From the human T2T-CHM13v2.0 reference genome, Homo sapiens: a DNA stretch of 64,000 nt. Where the stretch lies: NCBI RefSeq assembly GCF_009914755.1, contig NC_060929.1; one strand, 5' to 3'. Within the stretch, counting starts at the first letter, position 1. Each line of letters begins with the position of its first letter. The translations under genes were made by a program, and so were the position numbers. Shown here one piece after another: positions 17,877 through 32,851 of the stretch. The notes beneath the pieces were generated by a model. That model ran no database searches. It was not told the origin of the DNA and saw only the letters and a program-made list of their open reading frames with translations.

Positions 17877-18115
17877 AGGAAGGGGTTAAAGAGAAGTTGG
17901 TTAAAAGGTAGAAAAATATTGTTAGATTGAAAGCATAAATTATAGTTAACAATAATTTATAGTATTTTTCAAAATTGCTAAAAAAAGAATTACAATGTTC
18001 CCAATATAAAGAAATGATAAATATTTGAGATATCATTGCACATTATATACATGTATCAAAATACTACTTATGCCCTCAAAATATGTACAATTATATAGCA
18101 ATAGAAAAATTAAAA
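17877..18115 (+). mobile_element. L1MA4/5-like 3'UTR fragment
   Basis: gagaagttggttaaaagg.., aaagaaatgataaatatttgag, catgtatcaaaata..aatatgtacaattat, A-rich end. Confidence 0.8.
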
Positions 18116-18339
18116 AGTCAATAAAATTATTTTTGATTTTCTAAAATTAAGATATCTGACCCACAAGGGTTTCTACTAAACTTGAAATATACATAAGAAC
18201 ATTGTCTCAAAATTTAACATTTTAATCTTCTCAAATTGTCCCATTCTCTTCCATATATTTTCTCAAATAAATAGAAGAGTTTAAATTCCCTTTCATTCAT
18301 TTTTTATAATATCTCTTTGCTTTGGATGTTTTTAATCAT

Positions 18340-18631
18340 GCCACTGGCTTTGTTTTTCTTCATATTGTATGAGGTCGTTGCTCATTTTTCCATATGGATG
18401 TCCAGGCTTTGTTGTTGTTGTTGTTCCTCATTGAATTTTAGTGAATGTAAAAAATTATTGACTCTATATGCGTGGTTTTATTTCTGGATTTGCTATTTTT
18501 GTTCAATTTATTTATTTGCTTTTTATTGTCATATCATACAACCTTAATGATCTTTGAGTCTTGCAACCAGGTGGTTGAAGTATACTTTGTACTTCTTTTT
18601 TGAAAATTGTTTTAGGTATTCTGGATCCTTT
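18340..18631 (-). mobile_element. Old L1M ORF2 fragment, paralogous to 15387-15600
   Basis: Aligns by eye with 15387-15600, including 28 identical nt gtggttttatttctggatttgctatttt. Confidence 0.7.
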
Positions 18632-21388
18632 TCTTCACCCCTTGCAAGTACTTTACATTCAGAAAATACATGACTCCATCTCTCAACATTCAAACTTACA
18701 CAGCTTTGACAGGGTCGTGATTAAAGAATGTAGATTCTCTTCATATGTTTTAACTCAATATTATAAAGAGAGCCTACCTTTGGTACTTACCACTTAAAGT
18801 GCATAAACTGAGAAAATAATAAAGCCAGCCAGCAATAATATATTATTCAATAAAAATAGTTTTGTATTTTCTTTATGAAACTGTGTTTTTTATACGATGG
18901 ATGTTTTATGTTTTAAAAATAAACTATTTATAAATGTATCTCTTTTTCAAATAAAACAGTAGCCATTCTAAAATCTATTGCTTTGCAATCAAACCACCAT
19001 GACCATTCACAAATAAAGAAATTATTTTATTTTGCAGCGATAAGTTACAGATCAGGAATATTTCAGTGTTCTAAGAGAATATTGTGCACTGTATTTAGGT
19101 TAAGGATGAATATATTCACTAAAAAACATTTTGTATTTGAAATTCTCAGGTATTCCTTTTTACGGTTTGAAAATAATGCTATAAAAGTCATATGAAGGAA
19201 ATAATACTTTTATCGATAAGAATGTAAAAGATTAAGATTTATAAAAATGTATAGACTTTGACAAACTTCCCAAAGTGAAACAGGCAAACAAACTTATTTA
19301 AATCTTTTAAAAAATGCAGTCTCCATTTAGAATATATCAAACAGGCAACCTGAATACCTGAATCAATACTTCGATAAACTAAATATGTACTTCACTCAGA
19401 GGATCTCTATTTTATACAATTTTATTTTTTCTGAAAAGATGGGTTGTTTGTTGAGACTAATTTAATCAACTGATTGGTCATTATGTGGACAAAGTTTACC
19501 CTTATAATTAATAATTTACCAAATTATAGATTTGTTGCTGTCATCTTCATTTCAATGATTTCCTAAAGTTAGTATAGGCCTTTGAATATTGACAAAAATA
19601 AAGGAAGAATACTCTTTAAAATATAGTTTCTGTGCAAAACTATTTATGCTAATTTGGTTTTCTATCATTTAACACTTGTAAAGAACATTTCTTTACATGT
19701 AATGACTACACATTTATTATTTTATGTTACTTTATCCCAAAACAGACAATATATCTAGGATCTTACAAAACTATCTTTACCTTCTACCAAAGCTATTAGG
19801 CCTGCTGGAATCAGGTCATTACTATTCTTGATTATGTAAAAATATATATAGGAAATTCATGTTTAAAACTATTCTCTCTTTGGCTTCAAATAGACACTAC
19901 CTATTGGAATTAAGATACTAGGCAAAATATTTTGTGAAGGCTTCAGATATAATTGACAGTAAAGAGAAAACTAATGAAGAAAAGATATGATAACTAAGAT
20001 AAACATCATAATAATGAAACAGCCAATTAATAATAGTTGAAAACAAACATAAATTCTGGTGAAAACATTCAAAATAAGAGGTATCTGGGAGGGAAAATAT
20101 GATAACCAAAAGAGAAAATTAAAAAAATGAAAGAACAGAGTGATCATACTCTGCAAGAAAAAACATAAAAAGGAGAGAAAGTATATCAGACTCTTAGATT
20201 GTATTAAATTGAAATGTTACTGTAACTAATCTAGATTGATGTCTTCCCATTCAGTTATTTCTGTACAGTGAACAGGATGATAGTCTTCTTCATCTCAAGG
20301 TAATAGGATCATATAGTCATCATTTTTGTTTTAATTACTCAAGAATAATTTTAGTTATTTTTGGTATATATTAAGTTTGTAAATATTTTAAGTATATTAA
20401 AGTTTCATTTAAAGAACATAATGGTCTACCACAGAAGAGTCATGCATGGATATTTGAAAAAATAAATTTAATGATAAATGTATACATATAGTTGATAATA
20501 TAATTTGTAAAATCTTGTTCTCTTTGCAAAATTTATTTATGGAATTTACATAAGTCGCATAGTATATAACACATACAACTTGGTATATCTCAAGCACGAA
20601 AACAGAATATTTTCTTTCTTACAGAGGTATTTTTCCTCATGAGAAGCTACTTTACTGTGAATTTGAATAAAAATTATTTAATGTATAATGATCATTGAAA
20701 TTTGTTGCATTATAAAGAGTAGGTAATGCACGTACTATTTTGCATTTATATTTATGTTAGTGTTCTAGAGTTTGTATTTATATTTAATATTCTAAAATAT
20801 GTATTCATGTGTAATCTGGAAAATAAAAAATTTCACTCATATTTTCTTGGTATTGCCATCTTTTTCAAATTGGAAAGAATTGCAAAACATGCCATCGAGG
20901 AATCTAGAATTAAATATGTAGATTTTCTTTTTTCCTTTGTTTTAAACCAAAACACATTTAAATACACACCGTTTCACCATTTGAACCAGATTTTGGCTCT
21001 AATTATATGCTAAGGACTGGGAGATGGCTATAATGTTGGAGAATTATAGATGATATACTTCCATGCCTTAAAACTGCTGTAAATTATTAGCAAGAACTAA
21101 TCTGGAAATGGTTGAAGCAAATCCAAATTTTTCTATTTCTATTAGTCTTCTTTAGGAATCCATTACTTTAACACCTTCAGAAGACCAGTTTTGTATAAAA
21201 TATTTTGAGGCTTCTATTCAGACATTTAAAAAACTAAGTCCACTTACCTTTTCTGATTATTAAATTCATATATGCTCTTTGTAAATCACAGAAAACTGTA
21301 AACAAGGAAATAATAGATTATCTTCCTATCACCCAAATATTAATCATAATTAATGATAGATTTTGCTGTTATTACCTCCCAGTCTTTA

Positions 21389-21412
21389 CACACACACACA
21401 CACACACACACA
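21389..21412. repeat. (CA)12 microsatellite
   Basis: Read directly. Confidence 0.98.
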
Positions 21413-22289
21413 AACCACTTAGCCATTTATATACACGTTATAAAAGGAATCCCTATGCATTTATATATGAATTGTAAAAGTAGACCAAATGAGCTACTTT
21501 TTTAAAAATTGAGATTATTCTGTATTTATATTTTATATTTAATTATATTCTAAAAATTTTACTATGCCAATAAAATCTTTGAAGAAAATTGTCATTATTG
21601 TGCACATATTATCCATAATGTAGATAATAATTTAAACATTTTCTTCTAATTTAATGTTGTTAACTTCAATTTTTCAACATAATAAATAATAAATAAACAT
21701 TATATATGTAGTCAGAAACATTTTATATTGTTAGTGATTCAAATGTATTGTTTTTTAAAAATTATGACATACTGACATATTCATTTTCAGTGGGTGATAT
21801 AATTTTTTTCTTATCCCTTGAGAACTTGATACTATGAGTGTTTTGATATTAGTTTGGTAGATGGAAATATTATTTAATATGGGACATATGCATGTACACA
21901 TACAAACGTGTGTACACACATATGTATATATATTTACTTTTAATAAGAACATTTTTATATTTATTTCTTAGAAACTTGTATGAAGGCCATTTTCTTAGGT
22001 TTCTAATAAGTTGCTAATTAGGTTAAGTTTTATAAATATAGAGTGGACCTGGGCACCTGTGATCACTTAATACTGTTCAGAACTCTATGTAGGTGATCAA
22101 TGAATTTTCAGTCTTTTCAAAACTGTAGAATAATTGTTCACCTATTAATGACCTAAAGTTTTAGACTTCTATTTTGTTTACAACCTGAAGAAATGAAACT
22201 CTCAGCAGAATTTTTAAGGAAATAGATTTAAACTGGTTATAAAGAAGAATAGTAGTTTTCCCCATTTTGATGCCTAATCAGTGTTACCA

Positions 22290-22710
22290 AATATATATGC
22301 CCTAAACTGAATTCTTGATTATTCAGTCCTTCAAATGTTTTTCTCTGCATTTTTTCTCTCTCAATGGCAACTCTATCTGATCATTTATTAGTCAAATAAT
22401 AATAATTTATTGCAAATAAATTATTAGGCAAATAATTCAAAAGCCCCCCTTTTTCATATCTCATACTAACTTACATGAAAATACACCTTAGAGGACTATC
22501 CAGAATTTGACCCTTTTGCCCTTCTTACAATTATCACCATTTCCCACACCCCTCTAATCTCTTGACAGGACCATTGCAATAACCTCTTATCTGGTTTCCC
22601 AGCTGTGGCCCTTGGAGACTATTTTTAATAGCCAGCCAATGTGACATTTCTAAAATGGAACACTAAATTATGTCATTTTATGGAAAAGATCTCAGTAGCT
22701 CCTTATAGAA
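22290..22710 (+). mobile_element. L2 fragment
   Basis: aaactgaattcttgatt, atccagaatttgacc, cattgcaataacctcttatctggtttccc are L2a-like motifs. Confidence 0.75.
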
Positions 22711-24009
22711 ATAAGGAGTATACATATACCCAGAGTATATGTAAAGTTTTCCTAATGTTCGGGAAGAAAAAATATGTGATTACATAAATATCTGAAATAA
22801 TTTCCATGTGGAGTATCATAAGAAACTTTCGTGTGGATAAAAAATCATTGAAGGGTAGAATCATTCACTTGTTCAACTAACTTTCTTTGTGTTTGCATGT
22901 TTAGACCAGAAATTTGCAAGATGAAAGATATACAATAAATCTTATGCAAAATGTAATGAGTCTTCATTTTCCAAGCAATAATTGTATAGCATGGAAATAG
23001 AAGCAGCGAATGTCAATGGGAATCAGCTCTGTAAAGGGAGAACATAGTTTCCAGGAGTGGACCACTACACTAAAGGACAGAGTGACCTGGGAAAATTCGT
23101 GTGATTAAAACTCCAAATGATAAGTGGAAATTAAAAAATTTAATGTGTTCAGAAAAAAAAAATACTATACATAAGTATTAGCTTAAGAAGTTTCCCAGGA
23201 TAGGTCTCACAAGACAGCTGTATGGTCAGGTCATTTTGGATGTGGCACTATCTGCCAGTTCAGGAGATGCAGATGGAAAGCAATAGGCAACTTTTGAAGT
23301 AACATAGGTATGATGTGGCTGGATAAGAAAAAAAAATGGTCTTGTTCCCAAAATCTGTTGGCTTTTGTGGTTCATATTAATTCATTAATAAAGATGGGAA
23401 TTTGGATTGTGTTAATTTAGAAATTTAGGTTATTTTCAAGATGTTAGCACTATCTCAGCCTATGAAATCTTGTGTCTATCTTGATCTTGCTATAACAATC
23501 ACTTACGTCTCTTACTCATTATATGATGCACAACTAGTGAAGGGGAAATATATTGAAATTTACTGAAGAGGCAAATTTTGATCATACTGTATTTCTTTGT
23601 TCATTTTTAAGCTCCTTAAGCCCATTAGTTCATTTTTAAATAAAAAATTGTATCCTGGAAATTTAGTAAAGAAAGGCTAAAATGATTTTTAAAAAAAAGA
23701 TTAAAAGTGGACGTTTGGTATTTCAAAGGACAGATGTGGCACAAATATAAAAATAATTTCTGCCACTTGGAATACTTATGAACTTTTAGCAAAACACCGT
23801 ATCTTATACAGATATCTTTACCTTCATTGTCAAAAATCATTTTCCAAATCATTACCCCTACTGATGAGATCTATCCTATATTCCACAAACGACTGCAAGA
23901 AAACTCTTATTAAAGGGCCCCTGTGCCACAGACAGTAAGAACACATCTCTTTTCTGTAGAAAGTAAATCAGTTTAATCAGTAAAACTACCTCTCACTTTC
24001 TCCAACACA

Positions 24010-24222
24010 TATTTTTTTCTGGCACTGTGCCAGGGACTTACCATAATAATTCTGTGCCATTTACACAAGGTAAGACTGTTATTATTAGCTCCGTTTTACA
24101 GATGAAAAAACTGGCTTAGGGAGATTAAGTATTTTACTGAAGCCCCCAGCCATTACAGAGTGAACGTGAAATCTGAACTCAGAACGTCTAGAAAATAAAG
24201 CCCATCCTCTCAGTGAACCCTA
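24010..24222 (-). mobile_element. MIR
   Basis: Reversed MIR core ccgttttacagatgaaaaaactggcttagggagattaagt. Confidence 0.85.
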
Positions 24223-24621
24223 CGTAATAGTGCCTCTTTCAAAGTGAGAACTTCTGGCAACTGCCCAACATAATGAGTGTATATATATTCTGTTTGTGTT
24301 GTATAGGTACAGATGAAATAACTATTTTCACCCCCCAAAATCTATGACTAATGCTAATCCTTTAGCAATAAACCTGGTATTGATCAGACAAAAGAAAAGA
24401 AAGTAAATATTTTAATCCATATAGACTTGTAACTTTATTTCTGTATGCTTATTGGTAGAAAAGTTGCCAAAGAGACATTTTCTTCTGAAAATGGAGACCA
24501 AAAAAAATATTTTCAAAATTAAGTTTAGAGAGGCATCTGGCCATATGCCAAACTATAGCCTGGGACCTACAGGTACGTGTTGGGTTTGTGAGGGTGAGGA
24601 TGATAAAGAAAGGGAGAATAG

Positions 24622-25236
<615 letters not shown>

Positions 25237-25734
25237 TGACCTGAAAGCCTAGGCTGAAAAGTGGGAATTGGTAAGAAAAAACTGGCTCCTATTTCCTGGG
25301 ATCTCTGCATAGATTTACCCAGCAATATATGTTCCCAGAGAGCTCACTTAGTGGGAAGAGAAAATTAACATCAGTATAATCTTCTGTTGAGCGTTGCTAG
25401 GAGCACATTGTTAAAAAGTCTAGTTTCTTTTAAAGTTCATCATGTATATATTATGCCTTTACTCATGAGAGAATTGTTAGTTCCAACCTCCATTTCTAGT
25501 TCAAATTAATGTCTTTATTCTTGCCTTTCTGTCTATTGCTGGAAGCAAGTTATTCATTGTCCAAATCTTTGAGGGTTCTCTATCTAATCATGTGAAGTTA
25601 AGATGTACGAAGCCTTTGAATTCTTTCCCTCTTTGTCACAGTGAGGAGCACTGAAAACCCAGACAAAAACTGTCTAACCAGAGGCTATGCAGCACCTTCT
25701 AGTAATGCCTAGGTAGAGAAAGGTACTGATGTGG

Positions 25735-25758
25735 CTTGCTTTCTTTCTCTTTCTTTTA

Positions 25759-25800
<42 letters not shown>

Positions 25801-25836
25801 CTTTCTTTCTTTCTTTCTTTCTTCTTTCTTTTTTCC
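25735..25836. repeat. (CTTT)n microsatellite
   Basis: Read directly. Confidence 0.98.
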
Positions 25837-26349
25837 ATTTTACTGCTGTGCAAACTGTACTTCAAAACAGACATGTCATCTGTTATATTCTTATGGTCTA
25901 TCCTTTTTCATTTTCCCTCCTACAGGTTACAAAAATCTCTCATTCAAGAGGAAAAAAACAACAGACATATTAATATTTCATTGGTCATTGCCAGTCATAA
26001 TAAATCCATGTTATTTCTCTTCAAGGCAGCAATTAAATCAGACAAAGTTATCAGACTCTGTGTCACATTCCAAAATTATAAATCAATAATACTATTTGAA
26101 ATTTTGTTGACAAAAAATTAAGATGTCATAATCTCAGACATGGAGGACAGTTTTGTTTTTACCAATGTGATGAGTGATACCAATACTAGTGTTTTTTTAA
26201 ATGTTGCCATGGCTGTTAATTAATAGAATGTGGAGTAAAGGAGACACACACACATAATAAAAATTTATTAAATGAAAATAGTCCTAAATATTGTAAACAA
26301 TATATTAATTTTTAAAAAGTACGTACAATCCTAGCAACAAACTGTCTGT

Positions 26350-26520
26350 TCTCAAATACTTGTGGTGATGTTTAATAGCTATGAGACCTTTGACAAGTAA
26401 CTTAACTTTCCTATGACCAGTTTGCTTATCTATATGCTGAATAATAGCTAACTCATAGGGTTTTGTAGTGTCTGAGTTAATGCACATAAAATATGTATCT
26501 CATTACCTGATATTTCTAGG
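26350..26520 (+). mobile_element. MIR
   Basis: gctatgagacctttgacaagtaacttaactttcctatgaccagtttgcttatctat is a MIR core. Confidence 0.8.
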
Positions 26521-27029
26521 GATTCATCATTATGGACATACATGAAATCAATCAATCATCATTACCACCATGTATTTCCCTTAACTGGCAAAATTCTTAG
26601 AGACTTTATAAAATAGAAGTAAGTGTATTGCTCCATCTCAAATTAATTCTAGAATAATGATAATATTAATAACAAGATTAATAAAACTAAATCTGGATTA
26701 GACTCAGGCATTTGCCATAATACTATATTAACATTAAAAAACAAATTATAAGAATATCAGTGTAGATGTCACTAGTCAATAAAATAGAACCTTTTAGAAT
26801 GAAATGATATTCTAGGAATATATTATTTTGTATTTTTGTTATATTTACTGAAGATAATCTTTATGTGGGAAGAAATGGAATGTTATAATAATGAATAGGA
26901 ACTTGACAATTGAGATTGAATATTGCAGGCTCTAGTTATTTGTAATTATGATATGTTTATGTTAAAGAAATAGAGTTATGGTTTCAATAATTACTAAGTA
27001 GACCACACTTCAGTAGTAACTAAGACCCT

Positions 27030-27935
27030 GCTTTCCTGTGGAAACCCTGACTAGAAAGCCTGGAAGTAATACAAAAAACTACCTGAAATCACTGGAAAAT
27101 AAAGAAAAGTGCATAGATTCTCATGGGGACTACATACTCAGAGGAGGAGAGGGGAAAAGCAGTATGAAGTAAATTCCTGATATTGGTGATTTTAAGCTTG
27201 GGACTAAAGAGTGAAATGTGTGTCAGCAGTAGAGACAAATACTGAGAAAAAAAAAATGTCACTCTCTGACTGAGACAATCAAGCATTTTCAGCCACTACT
27301 GTGGCCACTGAAGAGAAGAGGATCCTAGAAGGGAAAAACAAAAACTAACAAACAAAAACAAAGAAGAAATCGCATCCTATTTACTCTGATCTCTGACTGA
27401 ACCATGAAACAAACATATGCAGAAAAGACACAAAGATGCTCAACTTAAAACAAAAGATTTGAACCAAGATTGGAGCTACTGCCCAAGAAAAAGAGTTTGA
27501 AATACAGTCCTACCCAAGATTTGTACTTGCCTGCTAAAGGAAAGAAAATATTTGTCAGAGAAAAATAATAGAAACCCAAATCTCTACAACATTAGATTTA
27601 GAATGGCTGAAATACGATTCAAAATTAATAGAAATATGAACTAAGAAAATGGAACATATTATCAAGGGAAACAGAAACAACTGAATCTGACCCCCAATAT
27701 GAACCTCTTATTGTAACTAAAGATGGGATTTAAAAGTAGCTATTGTAATCACCTTTGATGAAATAAAACAAAGATATTCACACAGCAAACAAGTAAGAAT
27801 GCTTGCGTAGAAATAAGAAGTCTCCACAGAAATATAAGAAACCTCAACAGAGAAAGTCAAATAATTAAAAAATGAAAATGTTGACAGTTTTAAAACAATG
27901 TTTGAAAACAAACAAACAAAAATGCCAATGCTCTG
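27030..27935 (+). mobile_element. Old L1M 5'/ORF1-region fragment
   Basis: A-rich sense strand with ORF1-like motifs (tttaaaagtagctattgtaa, aaacctcaacagagaaa); highly diverged. Confidence 0.6.
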
Positions 27936-27957
27936 TTGAAGGAACTACTGACCTAGA

Positions 27958-28460
27958 ACCATGATCAACTGATTGTCAACAAAGGCACCAAGAACACACT
28001 GGGGAAAGGATAGCCTTTTCAAAGAACGGCGTTGAGAAAACAATATTTACATGCAGAAGAATCAAACTGGACCCTTACATCACACCATATACAAAAAATC
28101 AACTCAAAATGGATAAAGATTTTAACTTAGAGAAAAAAAATCCCTGAAACTATAAAACTAGTAGAAGAAAACAGGGACAGAGCTCCAAAACATTAGTCTG
28201 GGCAATGATTTTTTGGAAAGGACTCCAAAAACACAGGCAACAGAAGCAAATATAGGCAAATGAGAAAACTTCTGCAGAGCAAATGTAACAATTAACAGAG
28301 TGTAGAGACAAGTCACAGACTGGGAGAAAATATCTGTAAATGATACATCAGATTAAGAGACCAATATTAAAAATATATAAGGAAGTCAAACAACTCAATA
28401 GAAAGAAAACAACTTCATTAAAAAAATGGTAACAGGACCTAAACAGACATTTATCAAAGA
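27958..28460 (+). mobile_element. L1MA ORF2 fragment lacking its 3' end
   Basis: caactgattgtcaacaaaggcaccaagaacacac..aaactggacccttac..tgggcaatgattttttgg..aaacagacattt. Confidence 0.85.
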
Positions 28461-28472
28461 AACAGTTTATCA

Positions 28473-29950
28473 AAGCAAAAAGGACAAAGCTGGAGGCTTC
28501 ATGTTACCTGACTTCAAACTATACTACAAGGCTATAGTAACCAAAACAGCATGATTCTGGTACCAAAACAGATGTATAGACCAGTGGAACAGAATAGAGG
28601 TCTCAGAAATAACACCACACATCTACAACTATCTGATCTTTGATGAACCTGACAAAAATAAGCAATGGGGAAAGGATTCCCTATTTAATAAATGATGTTG
28701 GGGAAAATGGCTAGCCATATGCAGAAAACTGAAACTGGACCCCTTCCTTACACCTTATACAAAAATTAATTCAAGATGGATTAAAGGCTTAAATGTAAAA
28801 CCTAAAACCATAAACACCCTAGAAGAAAACCTAAGCAATATCATTGAGGACATAGGTATGGGCAAAGACTTCATGACTAAACACCAAGAAGCAATGGTAA
28901 CAAAAGCCAAAACTGACAAATGGAATCTAATTAAACTAAAGCGCTTCTGCACCGCAGAAGAAACTATCATCAGAGTGAACAAGCAACCTACAGAATGGGA
29001 GAACTTTTTTGCAATCTATCCATCTGACACAGGTCCAATATCAAGAATCTACAAAGAACTTAAACAAATTTAAAAGAAAAAAACAAACAATCCCATCAAA
29101 AAGTGGGAAAAGGCTATGAACAGGCATGTCTCAAAAGAAGATATTTATGTGGCCAACAAACATGAAAAAAATCTCGTCATCATTGATCATTAGAGAAATG
29201 TAAATCAAAACCCCAATGAGATACTATCTCACACCAGTCAGAATGGCGATTATTAAAAAGTCTGGAAACAATAGATGAAGACAAGGCTGTGAAGAAATAA
29301 GAACGCATTTACACTGTTGGTAGGAGTGTAAATTAGTTCAACCATTGTGGAAGACAGTGTGGTGATTCCTCCAAGATCTAGAGCCAGAAATACCATTTTA
29401 CCCAGCAATCCCATTACTGGGTTTATACCCAATGGATTATAAATTATTTTTCTATAAAGATACATGCACACATATATTTATTGGAGAACAATTTACAATA
29501 GCAAAGACTTGGAAATGCCCATCAGTGATAGACTGAATAAAGAAAATGTGGCACATATACACCATGGAATATTGTGCAGCTGGAAAAATGAATGAGATCA
29601 TGTGCCTTGCAGGGACATGGATGAAGCTGGAAGCCGTCATCCTTAACAAACTAACATAGGAACAGAAAACCAAACATCACGTGTTCTCACTCGTAAGTGG
29701 GAGCTGAACAATGAGAACACATGGACACAGGGAGGGGAATATCACACACTCCAGCCTGTCAGGGGATTGGGGGTAAGGGAGGGAGAGCATTAAGACAAAT
29801 ACCTAATGCATGTGGGGCTTAACACCTAAATGACTGGTCGATAGGTGCAGCAAACCACCATGGCGCATGTATACCTATGTAACAAACCTGCACATTCTGC
29901 ACTGCACATGTATCCTGGAACCTAAAGTAAAAAAAAAAAAAAAAGAAAAA
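28473..29950 (+). mobile_element. L1PA8-10-like 3' end with poly(A)
   Basis: ORF 28858-29073 is an ORF2 piece ([21 protein letters not shown]); 3'UTR cctaatgcatgtggggctt..; poly(A) from 29929. Confidence 0.95.
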
Positions 29951-32567
29951 ACACAAAACACACAAACCAAGAAAAAACAATCTAGCTTAATTTTCTTTCT
30001 TTATGTTAACCAGGAATTGTTTGTTAGGAATTTTACATGTTTCAAGCATATTTAAAATATCCTAGAATTCGGTGCTCTTTGTTACACTACAGAGACCTTG
30101 AGAAAAGATGATTGAACACTACTTCCTTTGCTATCCTATTTCATTGTTTAATTACTTTTACTTTCCATTCAGTAAACACATTTGTATAATTCTACTAACC
30201 AAAGTGCTACAAAATTATTCAATTGAGTGCATTTGAATTTAAGAAAAATTAACATAATTTCATTTTAAATTGCTTGGTAGGAAAAGGTGTTGTGGCAAAC
30301 AGGATTGAAATGTATATGGCAATCTTAAGTATGTTTTTCCTCACAAGTTTATAATAGGCTGACTAGCATGCTTCAAGAGCTCTCAAGTGTTCCAGGTGCT
30401 CTGGATCACAAATTTATTCTCCTTATACTTGTGTGTTTCAATTCACTAAGTAACAGTTTTATAACTAGAAAAGTTGAGTTTCAACGTTATGCATGCAAAA
30501 TGATGTCACTAATACTACTATCGACTTAAGAGATAAAACATTTTAAAATAACCTGCTGCTAAAAATATATTTATTTGTGAGAATTTTTGAAAAAAAATTA
30601 TATTGGATAGCTTTGTTTTAAAAATATGAGCTTTATTTAAACATTTTAAATAACTATGCTGATATATTCAAATAAATTCAAGAGCCAAAGTAGGAATGAT
30701 ATATACCTGCATGTCTTGGTCTATCTACCAGGGCCACAGTAGGAAGGACACATAGCTGCATGTTTTGGGTTATCTTATTAGATTTAAGATAAGGGTGTTT
30801 CTTTATATTCAAAGTATGATATAATTTATTTTGTGTATCATGGGGTACCATTAGCACAAAGCATACTTACACATGAAAATAAAGGCAAAGAAAAGACTTC
30901 AGGTATGCAACTGGGGAGTCACTTTGAGTCACAGTGAATTGGTAAAAGATCTATAATAATAAAATTAACTTTCTGGAACCCAAGTAGCCTCAGGATAGGC
31001 AATCTGCAGAACACATGAAATGATATAGTTGTTTTGACACAGAGTTAAGTAAAAAAAAAAAAAAAGTGATTTTTCCAAACATTTAATACAACTCTTGACA
31101 TTTAAAAACAATTATATAAGTTTTTCCAAGTGTTTTTTTCCTTGAACTAAATATATGAAACTGAAATGTTTATGATCCCTTCATCTCACTTCAGAGTTGC
31201 ACTCTCTAATCTGCAATAGTAATGCACTGCACAGATCAAGCCCCTTCTGCTCATGAGCCTTGGGCCAGTGAAGATATGGAGAAGTTAGACATACCAAAGA
31301 GAGACAAATCCAAAGTCTCTGGAAGGTCCTTCCTCCCCAACTCTAGGTATCTAAGCAAAGAATGGGTTCAGCTTTGTCATTATGATCTAGCAGTAAAGAG
31401 GGAAGTAGGTATCATCAAGGGGCACAAATACATAGATTATTAACATCTCCTTGCAAATATGAAATATGGTGTATTGGGAACCTTTTATAAGTCTAAAAGA
31501 ATCAGGTGGACCTAAAGCATCTCAAAATAACAGGAGGAGAGAAGTGTTTCAGGTCCTAGAGTTGACATGAAGAAAAGATTCTCATGGTCTAGTTTCCAGG
31601 AAATTTTCCACCACTGGGAATGATCCAATTATAAGTCTTTTAAGCCTCTTACATTAAATGCAAGTCACCCTTAAAAAAAATAGAGAATCATTTTCAGGGC
31701 TAGTATAGGAAGCTCATTTTGAGGAAGGAAACACTCCCTCAATTGTAGTGGCTCCGTTATAATGCAGGAAATGTAGCATTTGGTCCTTTACTGATCCACA
31801 TCGAATGGGAGGAGTAGAAGTAAGTAGGTTATTATGCCAATTAAAGAGGCTGCATAATCTTCTGCATGCCTCCCTTCGTTACTCAAGGGAAGGCTTCTGA
31901 CTTGATTAAAATCTTAAGATTCAGCTGTCTTCCTCTGGAGAGGGAATTTTACTAATTCTTCCTATTTATCCACATAATTGACTATAGATGAGAGGCAAGC
32001 AGAGAAAAAAATAGTTTTTTCACTTTGACTTTTTTACCTCTACGTTTTCCTTTGTATCTCTAAGTTTTCCAGGGTTTTTGTCATATATCTAATATAATAG
32101 AAGGATAAAAATTCAAGTAATCACTCTTCCTCCATGATTTCATTCTGCCTTAACCCTGAAGAGCCTCAAACCTTTGAAAGACAGCAAGCACTTGTGATGA
32201 GCAAAAAGTCTATTTACCTCCTGAGCATGTCGAAGATAAATGTAGACTGCTTTTATCTTTGTTAATTTTATAGGGATTAGGGATTACTATAGAAGTAATA
32301 GGGAAACATATCTGATATCAGAGTATATTTAAAATATAATAATAAATATTTTCTATGAGATTATTTGATCCAACATTCACACTCTTAAAAATAAAGGATG
32401 TAGTGTAAGTTTCATCCAATGAATTATTTACTTTCACAGAAATTTTGTAATCAGCAATGTGAAAGTTTCTGAAGATAGGTCATCAAAGCAAATGAACTCT
32501 TCAGGTAAAGGAATATGTTCTGCTACTGAACAGATGACCTTTCAAGACCTTTTAAGAATCTACGTTC

Positions 32568-32851
32568 GGCCGGGCATGCTGACTCATGCCTGTAATCCCA
32601 GCACTTTGGGAGGCTGAAGCAGGCAGATCACTTGAGACCAGGAGTTTGAGACTAGTCCGAGGAAACCCCGTTTCTACAAAAATTAACTGGGAATCGTGGC
32701 ACACACTTGTAGTTCCAGCTACTTGGGAGGCTGAGGTGGGAGGTTCATTTGAGCCCAGGAAGTTGAGGCTGCAATCGTAAGCCAAGATTGCACCACTGCA
32801 CCCAGCCTGGGCAACAGAGTGAGACCTTGTCTCAAAATAAATTTTAAAAAA
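32568..32851 (+). mobile_element. AluJ
   Basis: ggccgggcatg.. start, J-type gaggtgggagg and gaggctgca; degenerate TSD aagaatctacgttc (32554-32567) / aagaatccatattc (32852-32865). Confidence 0.95.

Noticed and set aside
19038-19149. Exon-like segment after ttttattttgcag
   Set aside because: Poor donor (gtattc) and AT-rich non-coding composition.
20255-20299. 45-nt AG..GT segment with an upstream ctaat and an open frame LFLYSEQDDSLLHLK
   Set aside because: Weak donor (gtaata), very short, no recognisable peptide and no partner exon.
22990-23340. GC-richer non-repeat-looking stretches (also about 31200-31960, 36950-37290 and 50600-50950)
   Set aside because: I could not assign them to a repeat family, exon or motif cluster; they may be ancient repeats or regulatory DNA, but nothing in the sequence supports a call.
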